This document shows, one piece after another, positions 40,913 to 55,800 of a stretch of 64,000 bases of DNA. How positions within the stretch are numbered: the stretch's first letter is position 1; every line of letters starts with the position of its first letter. A program made the translations under genes and the position numbers. Origin of the DNA: Eledone cirrhosa (Eukaryota); NCBI GenBank assembly GCA_964016885.1, contig OZ024764.1, positions 2,170,001 through 2,234,000 of the forward strand, given 5' to 3'. The notes beneath the pieces were generated by a model that saw nothing but the letters and a program-made list of their open reading frames with translations, made no database searches and was not told the origin of the DNA.

Positions 40913-41039
40913 ATGTTTTCCAATTTTTGGATATTTAGCTTCAGCTTTCTCATGGAGTCCCACCATAGCTATATTATAAATCTATCTCATTTTTATAGCT
41001 ATGTATATATATGTGTGGGTATGATCACTAGCTTCACAA

Positions 41040-42660
41040 ACACCACCACCACTGCTACCATCATCATCATCATCACAAGCACCAGCACTACTGCACACTA
41101 CCACCACCACTATAACCAACACTACCACCACCTCTACTACCTCGCCCACTACCACAACCACCACCACCACCACTACAACCAACACTACCACCACCTTTAC
41201 TACCTCACCCACTACCACAACCACCACCACCTCTACTACCTCACCCACTACCACAACCACCTCTACTACCTCATCCACTACCAAAACCAACACTACCACC
41301 ACCACCACCTCTACTACCTCACCCACTACCACAACCACAACCACCACTACAACACTACCACCACCACCACCTCTACTACCTCACCCACTACCACAACCAC
41401 CACCACCACCTCTACTACCTCACCCACTACCACAACCACCACTACAACCACCACCACCTCTACTACCTCACCCACTACCACAACCACCTCTACTACCTCA
41501 CCCACTACCACAACCAACACTACCACCACCACCACCACCACCTCTACTACCTCACCCACTACCACAACCACCACCACCACCACCACCTCTACTACCTCAC
41601 CCACTACCACAACCAACACTACCACCACCACCACCACCACCTCTACTACCTCACCCACTACCACAACCACCACCACCACCACCACCTCTACTACCTCACC
41701 CACTACCACAACCACCACCACAACCACAACCAACACTACCACCACCACTACCACCTCTACTACCTCACCCACTACCACCACCACCACAACCAACACTACC
41801 ACCACCACCACCTCTACTACCTCACCCACTACCACCACCACCACCACCACAACCAACACTACCACCACCACTACCACCTCTACTACCTCATCCACTACCA
41901 CCACCACCACCACAACCAACACTACCACCACCACCACCACCTCTACTACCTCATCCACTACCACCACCACCACAACCAACACTACCACCACCACTACCAC
42001 CTCTACTACCTCATCCACTACCACCACCACCACCACCACCACCACTACCACCAACACTACCACCACCACTACCACCTCTACTACCTCATCCACTACCACC
42101 ACAACCAACACTACCACCACCACCACCTCTACTACCTCACCCACTACCACCACCACCACCACAACCAACACTACCACCACCACCTCTACTACCTCATCCA
42201 CTACCACCACCACCACCACCACAACCAACACTACCACCACCACTACCACCTCTACTACCTCATCCACTACCACCACCACCACCACAACCAACACTACCAC
42301 CACCTCTACTACCTCATCCACTACCACCACCACCACCACAACCAACACTACCACCACCACCACCACCTCTACTACCTCATCCACCACCACAACCAACACT
42401 ACCACCACCACTACCACCTCTACTACCTCATCCACTACCACCACAACCAACACTACCACCACCACTACCACCTCTACTACCTCATCCACTACCACCACCA
42501 CCACCACAACCAACACTACCACCACCACTACCACCTCTACTACCTCATCGACTACCACCACCACCACCACAACCAACACTACCACCACCACCACCTCTAC
42601 TACCTCACCCACTACCACAACCACCACTACCTTACCTACCACCACCACCACCACCACCAT
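41040..42660. repeat. (ACC)n-derived compound minisatellite
   Basis: ACC/ACT triplets with recurring CTCTACTACCTCA. Confidence 0.95.
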
Positions 42661-43016
42661 ACAGAGATAACCAGTACAAACACTACAACTTGACCTTTGA
42701 CTTTTCAAATGTTGACCTCCTGACCTCTGCCTCCACAAATCTGTGTCACTCAATTAGCTGAAACTCTTTTAAAATATGCAAGTTACCATGGTAACCAAAT
42801 CTAGAAAAGAAAGGTTGTTAACTTCGTAGTAGCTACACCTGCTAGACATAGCAGCCAAACTCCCTTAAATCACACCCTAGTTGTATGGTTCTATGTATGT
42901 ATGCATATATATATATATATATATATATGCATATATATATATACATATATAGATAAATCTACCACAATATACGGTAGTGTCCAATCCGTATGAAGAACTC
43001 AATGAAGTCCAAATAT

Positions 43017-43049
<33 letters not shown>

Positions 43050-43056
43050 ATACATG

Positions 43057-43096
<40 letters not shown>

Positions 43097-43098
43097 TG

Positions 43099-43196
<98 letters not shown>

Positions 43197-43202
43197 CGTG
43201 TA

Positions 43203-43490
<288 letters not shown>

Positions 43491-43504
43491 TATATATGTA
43501 TACA

Positions 43505-43538
<34 letters not shown>

Positions 43539-43544
43539 CGTGTA

Positions 43545-43646
<102 letters not shown>

Positions 43647-43650
43647 CATG

Positions 43651-43681
<31 letters not shown>

Positions 43682-43682
43682 G

Positions 43683-46600
43683 TTGAAACAAAATGAAAAC
43701 GAAATTTCATTTCTCACTCTTAGTATGGCACTTACTTATATAAATTCAGGCTGTTCAGTTTGTTTACAAACGAACAAAGCGACGTTAGCGCCGCTAAACT
43801 GATACGTGCATATATGTATGTGTACCTGTATGCATATGTATGTATATATGTATATATATATATATATATGTGCATGCTACTGTACGTCTGTATACATATA
43901 TGTATGTACGTATACATGCATACTTACATTTAAGTAAGTGCCATACTAAGAGTGAGAAATGAAATTTCGTTTTCATTTTGTTTCAATTTATCGTTTTCGG
44001 TATGCCTGACCGATTTAACTCACTCAATATGCAAATTAGGCTGCTCAGCCGTTAATTTTCATAAGGAAAGTATATACTTTCGAACGTTCAACTATCTGGC
44101 AGATGGGTAAACGGTGCTGATGATAGCTAACAAGCTTGAAACTAGTACATCGTTCCTGTGTCAGTGTTGAACAAAAAGGTGACGTGGTTGCCTTAACACC
44201 GTATGGCATAAATTCAGGCTGTTCAGTTTGTTTACAAACGAACAAAGCGACGTTAGCGCCGCTAAACTGATACGTGCATATATGTATGTGTACCTGTATG
44301 CATATGTATGTATATATGTATATATATATATATATATGTGCATGCTACTGTACGTCTGTATACATATATGTATGTACGTATACATGCATACTTACATTTA
44401 AGTAAGTGCCATACTAAGAGTGAGAAATGAAATTTCGTTTTCATTTTGTTTCAATTTATCGTTTTCGGTATGCCTGACCGATTTAACTCACTCAATATGC
44501 AAATTAGGCTGCTCAGCCGTTAATTTTCATAAGGAAAGTATATACTTTCGAACGTTCAACTATCTGGCAGATGGGTAAACGGTGCTGATGATAGCTAACA
44601 AGCTTGAAACTAGTACATCGTTCCTGTGTCAGTGTTGAACAAAAAGGTGACGTGGTTGCCTTAACACCGTATGGCATAAATTCAGGCTGTTCAGTTTGTT
44701 TACAAACGAACAAAGCGACGTTAGCGCCGCTAAACTGATACGTGCATATATGTATGTGTACCTGTATGCATATGTATGTATATATGTATATATATATATT
44801 ATATATATGTGCATGCTACTGTACGTCTGTATACATATATGTATGTACGTATACATGCATACTTACATTTAAGTAAGTGCCATACTAAGAGTGAGAAATG
44901 AAATTCGTTTTCATTTGTTTCAATTATCGTTTTCGGTATGCCTGACCGATTTAACTCACTCAATATGCAAATTAGGCTGCTCAGCCGTTAATTTTCATAA
45001 GGAAAGTATATACTTTCGAACGTTCAACTATCTGGCAGATGGGTAAACGGTGCTGATGATAGCTAACAAGCTTGAAACTAGTACATCGTTCCTGTGTCAG
45101 TGTTGAACAAAAAGGTGACGTGGTTGCCTTAACACCGTATGGCATAAATTCAGGCTGTTCAGTTTGTTTACAAACGAACAAAGCGACGTTAGCGCCGCTA
45201 AACTGATACGTGCATATATGTATGTGTACCTGTATGCATATGTATGTATATATGTATATATATATATATATATGTGCATGCTACTGTACGTCTGTATACA
45301 TATATGTATGTACGTATACATGCATACTTACATTTAAGTAAGTGCCATACTAAGAGTGAGAAATGAAATTTCGTTTTCATTTTGTTTCAATTTATCGTTT
45401 TCGGTATGCCTGACCGATTTAACTCACTCAATATGCAAATTAGGCTGCTCAGCCGTTAATTTTCATAAGGAAAGTATATACTTTCGAACGTTCAACTATC
45501 TGGCAGATGGGTAAACGGTGCTGATGATAGCTAACAAGCTTGAAACTAGTACATCGTTCCTGTGTCAGTGTTGAACAAAAAGGTGACGTGGTTGCCTTAA
45601 CACCGTATGGCATAAATTCAGGCTGTTCAGTTTGTTTACAAACGAACAAAGCGACGTTAGCGCCGCTAAACTGATACGTGCATATATGTATGTGTACCTG
45701 TATGCATATGTATGTATATATGTATATATATATATATATATGTGCATGCTACTGTACGTCTGTATACATATATGTATGTACGTATACATGCATACTTACA
45801 TTTAAGTAAGTGCCATACTAAGAGTGAGAAATGAAATTTCGTTTTCATTTTGTTTCAATTTATCGTTTTCGGTATGCCTGACCGATTTAACTCACTCAAT
45901 ATGCAAATTAGGCTGCTCAGCCGTTAATTTTCATAAGGAAAGTATATACTTTCGAACGTTCAACTATCTGGCAGATGGGTAAACGGTGCTGATGATAGCT
46001 AACAAGCTTGAAACTAGTACATCGTTCCTGTGTCAGTGTTGAACAAAAAGGTGACGTGGTTGCCTTAACACCGTATGGCATAAATTCAGGCTGTTCAGTT
46101 TGTTTACAAACGAACAAAGCGACGTTAGCGCCGCTAAACTGATACGTGCATATATGTATGTGTACCTGTATGCATATGTATGTATATATGTATATATATA
46201 TATATATATGTGCATGCTACTGTACGTCTGTATACATATATGTATGTACGTATACATGCATACTTACATTTAAGTAAGTGCCATACTAAGAGTGAGAAAT
46301 GAAATTTCGTTTTCATTTTGTTTCAATTTATCGTTTTCGGTATGCCTGACCGATTTAACTCACTCAATATGCAAATTAGGCTGCTCAGCCGTTAATTTTC
46401 ATAAGGAAAGTATATACTTTCGAACGTTCAACTATCTGGCAGATGGGTAAACGGTGCTGATGATAGCTAACAAGCTTGAAACTAGTACATCGTTCCTGTG
46501 TCAGTGTTGAACAAAAAGGTGACGTGGTTGCCTTAACACCGTATGGCATAAATTCAGGCTGTTCAGTTTGTTTACAAACGAACAAAGCGACGTTAGCGCC

Positions 46601-49600
46601 GCTAAACTGATACGTGCATATATGTATGTGTACCTGTATGCATATGTATGTATATATGTATATATATATATATATATGTGCATGCTACTGTACGTCTGTA
46701 TACATATATGTATGTACGTATACATGCATACTTACATTTAAGTAAGTGCCATACTAAGAGTGAGAAATGAAATTTCGTTTTCATTTTGTTTCAATTTATC
46801 GTTTTCGGTATGCCTGACCGATTTAACTCACTCAATATGCAAATTAGGCTGCTCAGCCGTTAATTTTCATAAGGAAAGTATATACTTTCGAACGTTCAAC
46901 TATCTGGCAGATGGGTAAACGGTGCTGATGATAGCTAACAAGCTTGAAACTAGTACATCGTTCCTGTGTCAGTGTTGAACAAAAAGGTGACGTGGTTGCC
47001 TTAACACCGTATGGCATAAATTCAGGCTGTTCAGTTTGTTTACAAACGAACAAAGCGACGTTAGCGCCGCTAAACTGATACGTGCATATATGTATGTGTA
47101 CCTGTATGCATATGTATGTATATATGTATATATATATATATATATGTGCATGCTACTGTACGTCTGTATACATATATGTATGTACGTATACATGCATACT
47201 TACATTTAAGTAAGTGCCATACTAAGAGTGAGAAATGAAATTTCGTTTTCATTTTGTTTCAATTTATCGTTTTCGGTATGCCTGACCGATTTAACTCACT
47301 CAATATGCAAATTAGGCTGCTCAGCCGTTAATTTTCATAAGGAAAGTATATACTTTCGAACGTTCAACTATCTGGCAGATGGGTAAACGGTGCTGATGAT
47401 AGCTAACAAGCTTGAAACTAGTACATCGTTCCTGTGTCAGTGTTGAACAAAAAGGTGACGTGGTTGCCTTAACACCGTATGGCATAAATTCAGGCTGTTC
47501 AGTTTGTTTACAAACGAACAAAGCGACGTTAGCGCCGCTAAACTGATACGTGCATATATGTATGTGTACCTGTATGCATATGTATGTATATATGTATATA
47601 TATATATATATATGTGCATGCTACTGTACGTCTGTATACATATATGTATGTACGTATACATGCATACTTACATTTAAGTAAGTGCCATACTAAGAGTGAG
47701 AAATGAAATTTCGTTTTCATTTTGTTTCAATTTATCGTTTTCGGTATGCCTGACCGATTTAACTCACTCAATATGCAAATTAGGCTGCTCAGCCGTTAAT
47801 TTTCATAAGGAAAGTATATACTTTCGAACGTTCAACTATCTGGCAGATGGGTAAACGGTGCTGATGATAGCTAACAAGCTTGAAACTAGTACATCGTTCC
47901 TGTGTCAGTGTTGAACAAAAAGGTGACGTGGTTGCCTTAACACCGTATGGCATAAATTCAGGCTGTTCAGTTTGTTTACAAACGAACAAAGCGACGTTAG
48001 CGCCGCTAAACTGATACGTGCATATATGTATGTGTACCTGTATGCATATGTATGTATATATGTATATATATATATATATATGTGCATGCTACTGTACGTC
48101 TGTATACATATATGTATGTACGTATACATGCATACTTACATTTAAGTAAGTGCCATACTAAGAGTGAGAAATGAAATTTCGTTTTCATTTTGTTTCAATT
48201 TATCGTTTTCGGTATGCCTGACCGATTTAACTCACTCAATATGCAAATTAGGCTGCTCAGCCGTTAATTTTCATAAGGAAAGTATATACTTTCGAACGTT
48301 CAACTATCTGGCAGATGGGTAAACGGTGCTGATGATAGCTAACAAGCTTGAAACTAGTACATCGTTCCTGTGTCAGTGTTGAACAAAAAGGTGACGTGGT
48401 TGCCTTAACACCGTATGGCATAAATTCAGGCTGTTCAGTTTGTTTACAAACGAACAAAGCGACGTTAGCGCCGCTAAACTGATACGTGCATATATGTATG
48501 TGTACCTGTATGCATATGTATGTATATATGTATATATATATATATATATGTGCATGCTACTGTACGTCTGTATACATATATGTATGTACGTATACATGCA
48601 TACTTACATTTAAGTAAGTGCCATACTAAGAGTGAGAAATGAAATTTCGTTTTCATTTTGTTTCAATTTATCGTTTTCGGTATGCCTGACCGATTTAACT
48701 CACTCAATATGCAAATTAGGCTGCTCAGCCGTTAATTTTCATAAGGAAAGTATATACTTTCGAACGTTCAACTATCTGGCAGATGGGTAAACGGTGCTGA
48801 TGATAGCTAACAAGCTTGAAACTAGTACATCGTTCCTGTGTCAGTGTTGAACAAAAAGGTGACGTGGTTGCCTTAACACCGTATGGCATAAATTCAGGCT
48901 GTTCAGTTTGTTTACAAACGAACAAAGCGACGTTAGCGCCGCTAAACTGATACGTGCATATATGTATGTGTACCTGTATGCATATGTATGTATATATGTA
49001 TATATATATATATATATGTGCATGCTACTGTACGTCTGTATACATATATGTATGTACGTATACATGCATACTTACATTTAAGTAAGTGCCATACTAAGAG
49101 TGAGAAATGAAATTTCGTTTTCATTTTGTTTCAATTTATCGTTTTCGGTATGCCTGACCGATTTAACTCACTCAATATGCAAATTAGGCTGCTCAGCCGT
49201 TAATTTTCATAAGGAAAGTATATACTTTCGAACGTTCAACTATCTGGCAGATGGGTAAACGGTGCTGATGATAGCTAACAAGCTTGAAACTAGTACATCG
49301 TTCCTGTGTCAGTGTTGAACAAAAAGGTGACGTGGTTGCCTTAACACCGTATGGCATAAATTCAGGCTGTTCAGTTTGTTTACAAACGAACAAAGCGACG
49401 TTAGCGCCGCTAAACTGATACGTGCATATATGTATGTGTACCTGTATGCATATGTATGTATATATGTATATATATATATATGTGCATGCTACTGTACGTC
49501 TGTATACATATATGTATGTACGTATACATGCATACTTACATTTAAGTAAGTGCCATACTAAGAGTGAGAAATGAAATTTCGTTTTCATTTTGTTTCAATT

Positions 49601-51411
49601 TATCGTTTTCGGTATGCCTGACCGATTTAACTCACTCAATATGCAAATTAGGCTGCTCAGCCGTTAATTTTCATAAGGAAAGTATATACTTTCGAACGTT
49701 CAACTATCTGGCAGATGGGTAAACGGTGCTGATGATAGCTAACAAGCTTGAAACTAGTACATCGTTCCTGTGTCAGTGTTGAACAAAAAGGTGACGTGGT
49801 TGCCTTAACACCGTATGGCATAAATTCAGGCTGTTCAGTTTGTTTACAAACGAACAAAGCGACGTTAGCGCCGCTAAACTGATACGTGCATATATGTATG
49901 TGTACCTGTATGCATATGTATGTATATATGTATATATATATATATATATGTGCATGCTACTGTACGTCTGTATACATATATGTATGTACGTATACATGCA
50001 TACTTACATTTAAGTAAGTGCCATACTAAGAGTGAGAAATGAAATTTCGTTTTCATTTTGTTTCAATTTATCGTTTTCGGTATGCCTGACCGATTTAACT
50101 CACTCAATATGCAAATTAGGCTGCTCAGCCGTTAATTTTCATAAGGAAAGTATATACTTTCGAACGTTCAACTATCTGGCAGATGGGTAAACGGTGCTGA
50201 TGATAGCTAACAAGCTTGAAACTAGTACATCGTTCCTGTGTCAGTGTTGAACAAAAAGGTGACGTGGTTGCCTTAACACCGTATGGCATAAATTCAGGCT
50301 GTTCAGTTTGTTTACAAACGAACAAAGCGACGTTAGCGCCGCTAAACTGATACGTGCATATATGTATGTGTACCTGTATGCATATGTATGTATATATGTA
50401 TATATATATATATATATGTGCATGCTACTGTACGTCTGTATACATATATGTATGTACGTATACATGCATACTTACATTTAAGTAAGTGCCATACTAAGAG
50501 TGAGAAATGAAATTTCGTTTTCATTTTGTTTCAATTTATCGTTTTCGGTATGCCTGACCGATTTAACTCACTCAATATGCAAATTAGGCTGCTCAGCCGT
50601 TAATTTTCATAAGGAAAGTATATACTTTCGAACGTTCAACTATCTGGCAGATGGGTAAACGGTGCTGATGATAGCTAACAAGCTTGAAACTAGTACATCG
50701 TTCCTGTGTCAGTGTTGAACAAAAAGGTGACGTGGTTGCCTTAACACCGTATGGCATAAATTCAGGCTGTTCAGTTTGTTTACAAACGAACAAAGCGACG
50801 TTAGCGCCGCTAAACTGATACGTGCATATATGTATGTGTACCTGTATGCATATGTATGTATATATGTATATATATATATATATATGTGCATGCTACTGTA
50901 CGTCTGTATACATATATGTATGTACGTATACATGCATACTTACATTTAAGTAAGTGCCATACTAAGAGTGAGAAATGAAATTTTGTTTTCATTTTGTTTC
51001 AATTTATCGTTTTCGGTATGCCTGACCGATTTAACTCACTCAATATGCAAATTAGGCTGCTCAGCCGTTAATTTTCATAAGGAAAGTATATACTTTCGAA
51101 CGTTCAACTATCTGGCAGATGGGTAAACGGTGCTGATGATAGCTAACAAGCTTGAAACTAGTACATCGTTCCTGTGTCAGTGTTGAACAAAAAGGTGACG
51201 TGGTTGCCTTAACACCGTATGGCATAAATTCAGGCTGTTCAGTTTGTTTACAAACGAACAAAGCGACGTTAGCGCCGCTAAACTGATACGTGCATATATG
51301 TATGTGTACCTGTATGCATATGTATGTATATATGTATATATATATATATATATGTGCATCCTACTGTACGTCTGTATACATATATGTATGTACGTATACA
51401 TGCATACTTAC
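43683..51411 (+). mobile_element. 468-bp HHR-containing tandem array (retrozyme-like), about 16.4 units, preceded by a ~55-bp inverted fragment (43683-43738)
   Basis: The ORF track recurs every 468 bp (once 464); 16 HHR copies; long (TA)n on both flanks. Confidence 0.93.
44086..44172 (+). ncRNA. Type I hammerhead ribozyme, first of 16 array copies; predicted cleavage after GUA at 44147
   Basis: AACGGTG-CTGATGA-tAGCT aaca AGCTt-GAAAC ta GTA-CATCGTT; distal helix I GGG/CCT, CTGGCA/TGTCAG, GTTCAAC/GTTGAAC. Confidence 0.88.
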
Positions 51412-52685
<1,274 letters not shown>

Positions 52686-52758
52686 TCTTTTACTCTTTTA
52701 CCTGTTTCAGCCATTCGGCTGAGGCCATGCTGGGGCACCGCCCTTGTTGCTACACATT

Positions 52759-55700
52759 TTATCTCCAGCCTGTATAGGTTGGCCACTGGTGTAGGAGGGA
52801 GTTTGTTGCTGCTGCCCTTAGGTTTCCCTCGTGTCTTGCTGTGGGCTCATCCGGGATCCTGGATAACAAGGTGTCGAGATGTTTCTTAAAGACATCCACC
52901 TCCACGTCATGCAAGTCTCGCAGATGCCTCGGCAGCCTGTTGAAGAGTTGAGGGCCCTTGAATCCCAGGCTATTGCAATACCTGCTCCTTATTCTAGATG
53001 TGGAAGACGGGACCTTTGGCACCACACAGTGACGTCCTGTTCGACGGTTGGTCCAGCTCCCAATGCCAAAGTTTGGTGCTAGTCCCTCCAGGATTTTCCA
53101 CATGTAGATCACTGCGTATCTCTCCCGTCTTCGCTCCAAGGAGTAGAGGTTCAGTTCCTTCAGCCTCTCCCAGTAGCTTGTCTCCCTCATCTTGGCAATC
53201 CTCTTGGTGTAGCTTCGCTGGATTGCCTCAAGCTCTGTGGTTAGTTTGACACTATGGGGTGACCACAGCTGGGAGCAGTAGTCCAGGCGGCTTAGGACAA
53301 AAGTCCTCCACAGTGTCAACATGGTGTCTCGATCTCTTGTAAGGAAAGTCCTCAAGATCCAGCCAGCGAATCGTCTACATGCTGTCGCCACCTTCATGAT
53401 GTGTGAAGAAAAAGATGCATCATCGCTCATGTCTATGCCCAGGTCTCGTATCGATTTTGACACGGGGATATCGGTCCCTCCTGGTCCTGTGTAGCTGTGT
53501 TCCGCTATATTTGTGTTTGTGTTTGCAGGTTTGTATTGTAGGGCTTGAAATTTGCCAGCATTAAACTGCATGTTGTTTTCTTCCGCCCATCTGTATATGG
53601 CATCCAGATCCTGCTGTAAGAGGGCAGCGTCAGCCGGGTTTTTGATTGCCTGTGCTACCTTAGTGTCATCAGCATAGCTAGTGAGGGATGTTGTTGCATG
53701 CACCACAGAGGGCATGTCCGAGAGAGCCACCAAAAACAGTAGTGGTCCCAGGACTGTCCCCTGAGGCACCCCACTTGTTATCGGTGTTTCTCTCGAGAGG
53801 GCCCCATTTGCTGCGACTGCCTGGCTTCTGTCCCTCAGGAAGCCATGCAGCCACTCACCTACTTTTCCAGTTATGCCGAGTCCGTGTAGTTTGTGACATA
53901 TCATTCCGTGGTCGACCTTGTCAAAGGCCTTCGCAAAGTCAAGATATATCACGTCTACATGTGAGCTGTCTAGTAGCTGTCTCAGTACCCAGTCGTAGTG
54001 ATGTAGCAGCTGTGTAAGGCAGCTTCTTCCTGGGCGGAAGCCATGTTGCGTGCTAGTCAGGCGGTCATTTTCTTCGAGGAAAGTGATTAGTTTCTTTCTG
54101 ATGACTCGCTCCATGACCTTACTGATATGCGACGTCAGGGAGACTGGCCTATAGTTCTTGGCCTCCGCTCTACTACCTCCTTTATGGATAGGGCATATTG
54201 TGCCTTCTTTCAGCTCCCTGGGTAGTACACCGCTAGCCAAGGAGCTTCTGAAGAGCATCTTCAGTGGAGTTGCTAAGGCCCGCTTACATATTTTTAGGAG
54301 AACTGCTGGGAATCCATCAGGTCCAGCAGCCGAGTCTGTTCTAATTTCATCAATGGCGTACACCACATCCTCCTCCGTTATGTCTATGTGGTTGATGGTT
54401 GCCATTTCTTGATGTAGTGTTGTGGCATCAAAGAACTCCTCTGGCTTCGTTATTTGCATGTGCCTCAGTGGACATGTGAAGACACTTTTGTACTGTTCGT
54501 TCAGTATTTCACATATCTCTTGGGGATTTTCGGTTAATGAACTGTCCGTGTGGAAGAGTGGTCCAATCTTGCAGTGTACTGAGGCAGTTTCTTTTGCAAA
54601 TTTAAAGAAGGCCTTAGGGTTTGTTTTAATGTTTTCTATGGCCCTGTTCTCTTTCCTTGCCCTCTCATTCTCATGTGAAAGCTTGAGTGCAATCTCGGTG
54701 TCAAGTAGTGCACGTTTCAAATAGGATTCCTTCTTGTTTTGGTTTTGTTGACTATTCAACTGGTTTGAGAGTTTAGTTCTACGTCTCATAAGGATTTTCC
54801 TATCTCTGGGAATAAGATTTTTGTGTCTGTTTGCCTCTTTCTCCGGGACACACTTTTTGCATATGGTGTGTATCGTTGTCATGAAGTGTTGAAATTGTGT
54901 GTTAGTGTCTTGTGTGGCGATGTTTGCACTCCATGTTTGCTTCCGGATTTCATTCTTAATCTTCTTCCAGTCAGCCCCGTAGAAGTTAAGGCTGGATAGC
55001 GTCCCGGAGCTTCTTGGTGGTTTTGTCTCTGTTGGTTCTCTTGGACCACATATCATTAGCTCTACCAAGTTATGATCCGAGAGAATTGTTGGTGTCACCT
55101 TTACATTGTGGATGAGCACTTCGTTGTTTGTAAAACAGAGGTCCAGGACATTTTCGCCTCTTGTTGGGAGGAGTATTGCTTGCTCCATGAACAGCCTGTG
55201 TGTGAGGGCCAGCAGGGATTCCGTCTGTCTCTGTTCTATTGACGTCATTCCAGGGAGGAGGTGGCCCTCAGGCCATTTGACCTTTGGTAGGTTGAAGTCT
55301 CCCAGCAGTAGGATGTTGAGACCCTGGTCCAGTTTGTCAAGGACCTCTTCTATCCTACTTAGGCTATCCTCAAATTTACCCTCATGACTGGGGGCATCGG
55401 GCGGCCGATATGTGACACATATTACCGTCTGTAGTTGCTTCATATGTATTATCAGTGTGTCACAGACTGAGTTTGAATGTGTCAACAGTACAATTGGTGT
55501 GACATCTTCACGGATATACAGAGCAACCCCACCATGAGTTCTCTCCTTCCTGTCCGAACGAAATACAGTATATTTCGGTATATGTATTTCTGCATCTGCT
55601 ATACTGCTTGTCAGGTGCGTTTCGGTTAGTGCCATGCATAGTGCTTGATTGCTTATGGCTAAGTCTCCCAGGTAGGAAATTTTACTCATGTTGCTGAGTT

Positions 55701-55800
55701 TCACCAGGCCCCTGACATTCAGCAGCAGCACTGGTGTGACTTTTGGGGTGCCAGTAATGGCTGTCGGTATGACACCTGGTCTGGTGTCAGCGGCGGCCAC
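52759..55800 (-). CDS. LINE ORF2: APE endonuclease + reverse transcriptase, 1013 aa
   Basis: LNVRGL, LTETHL, YRPP, LGDFNLP, LDLCF, SDHN; [54 protein letters not shown]. Confidence 0.97.
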   Translation of the reverse strand: MAAADTRPGVIPTAITGTPKVTPVLLLNVRGLVKLSNMSKISYLGDLAISNQALCMALTETHLTSSIADAEIHIPKYTVFRSDRKERTHGGVALYIREDVTPIVLLTHSNSVCDTLIIHMKQLQTVICVTYRPPDAPSHEGKFEDSLSRIEEVLDKLDQGLNILLLGDFNLPKVKWPEGHLLPGMTSIEQRQTESLLALTHRLFMEQAILLPTRGENVLDLCFTNNEVLIHNVKVTPTILSDHNLVELMICGPREPTETKPPRSSGTLSSLNFYGADWKKIKNEIRKQTWSANIATQDTNTQFQHFMTTIHTICKKCVPEKEANRHKNLIPRDRKILMRRRTKLSNQLNSQQNQNKKESYLKRALLDTEIALKLSHENERARKENRAIENIKTNPKAFFKFAKETASVHCKIGPLFHTDSSLTENPQEICEILNEQYKSVFTCPLRHMQITKPEEFFDATTLHQEMATINHIDITEEDVVYAIDEIRTDSAAGPDGFPAVLLKICKRALATPLKMLFRSSLASGVLPRELKEGTICPIHKGGSRAEAKNYRPVSLTSHISKVMERVIRKKLITFLEENDRLTSTQHGFRPGRSCLTQLLHHYDWVLRQLLDSSHVDVIYLDFAKAFDKVDHGMICHKLHGLGITGKVGEWLHGFLRDRSQAVAANGALSRETPITSGVPQGTVLGPLLFLVALSDMPSVVHATTSLTSYADDTKVAQAIKNPADAALLQQDLDAIYRWAEENNMQFNAGKFQALQYKPANTNTNIAEHSYTGPGGTDIPVSKSIRDLGIDMSDDASFSSHIMKVATACRRFAGWILRTFLTRDRDTMLTLWRTFVLSRLDYCSQLWSPHSVKLTTELEAIQRSYTKRIAKMRETSYWERLKELNLYSLERRRERYAVIYMWKILEGLAPNFGIGSWTNRRTGRHCVVPKVPSSTSRIRSRYCNSLGFKGPQLFNRLPRHLRDLHDVEVDVFKKHLDTLLSRIPDEPTARHEGNLRAAATNSLLHQWPTYTGWR

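Noticed and set aside
40901-42753. 589-aa Thr-rich mucin-like ORF and antisense Val-rich ORF
   Set aside because: An ACC-triplet repeat lacks stops by construction; it shifts frame from His-rich to Thr-rich and has no other domains
43732-51401. Repeated 60-74 aa ORFs in the 468-bp array
   Set aside because: Partly microsatellite-derived, no recognisable motifs, and frames are not kept in variant units or the diverged copy
43739-51411. 5S rRNA, snRNA or tRNA tandem gene array
   Set aside because: No recognisable 5S, U snRNA or cloverleaf sequence in the unit by eye; an Rfam scan would confirm
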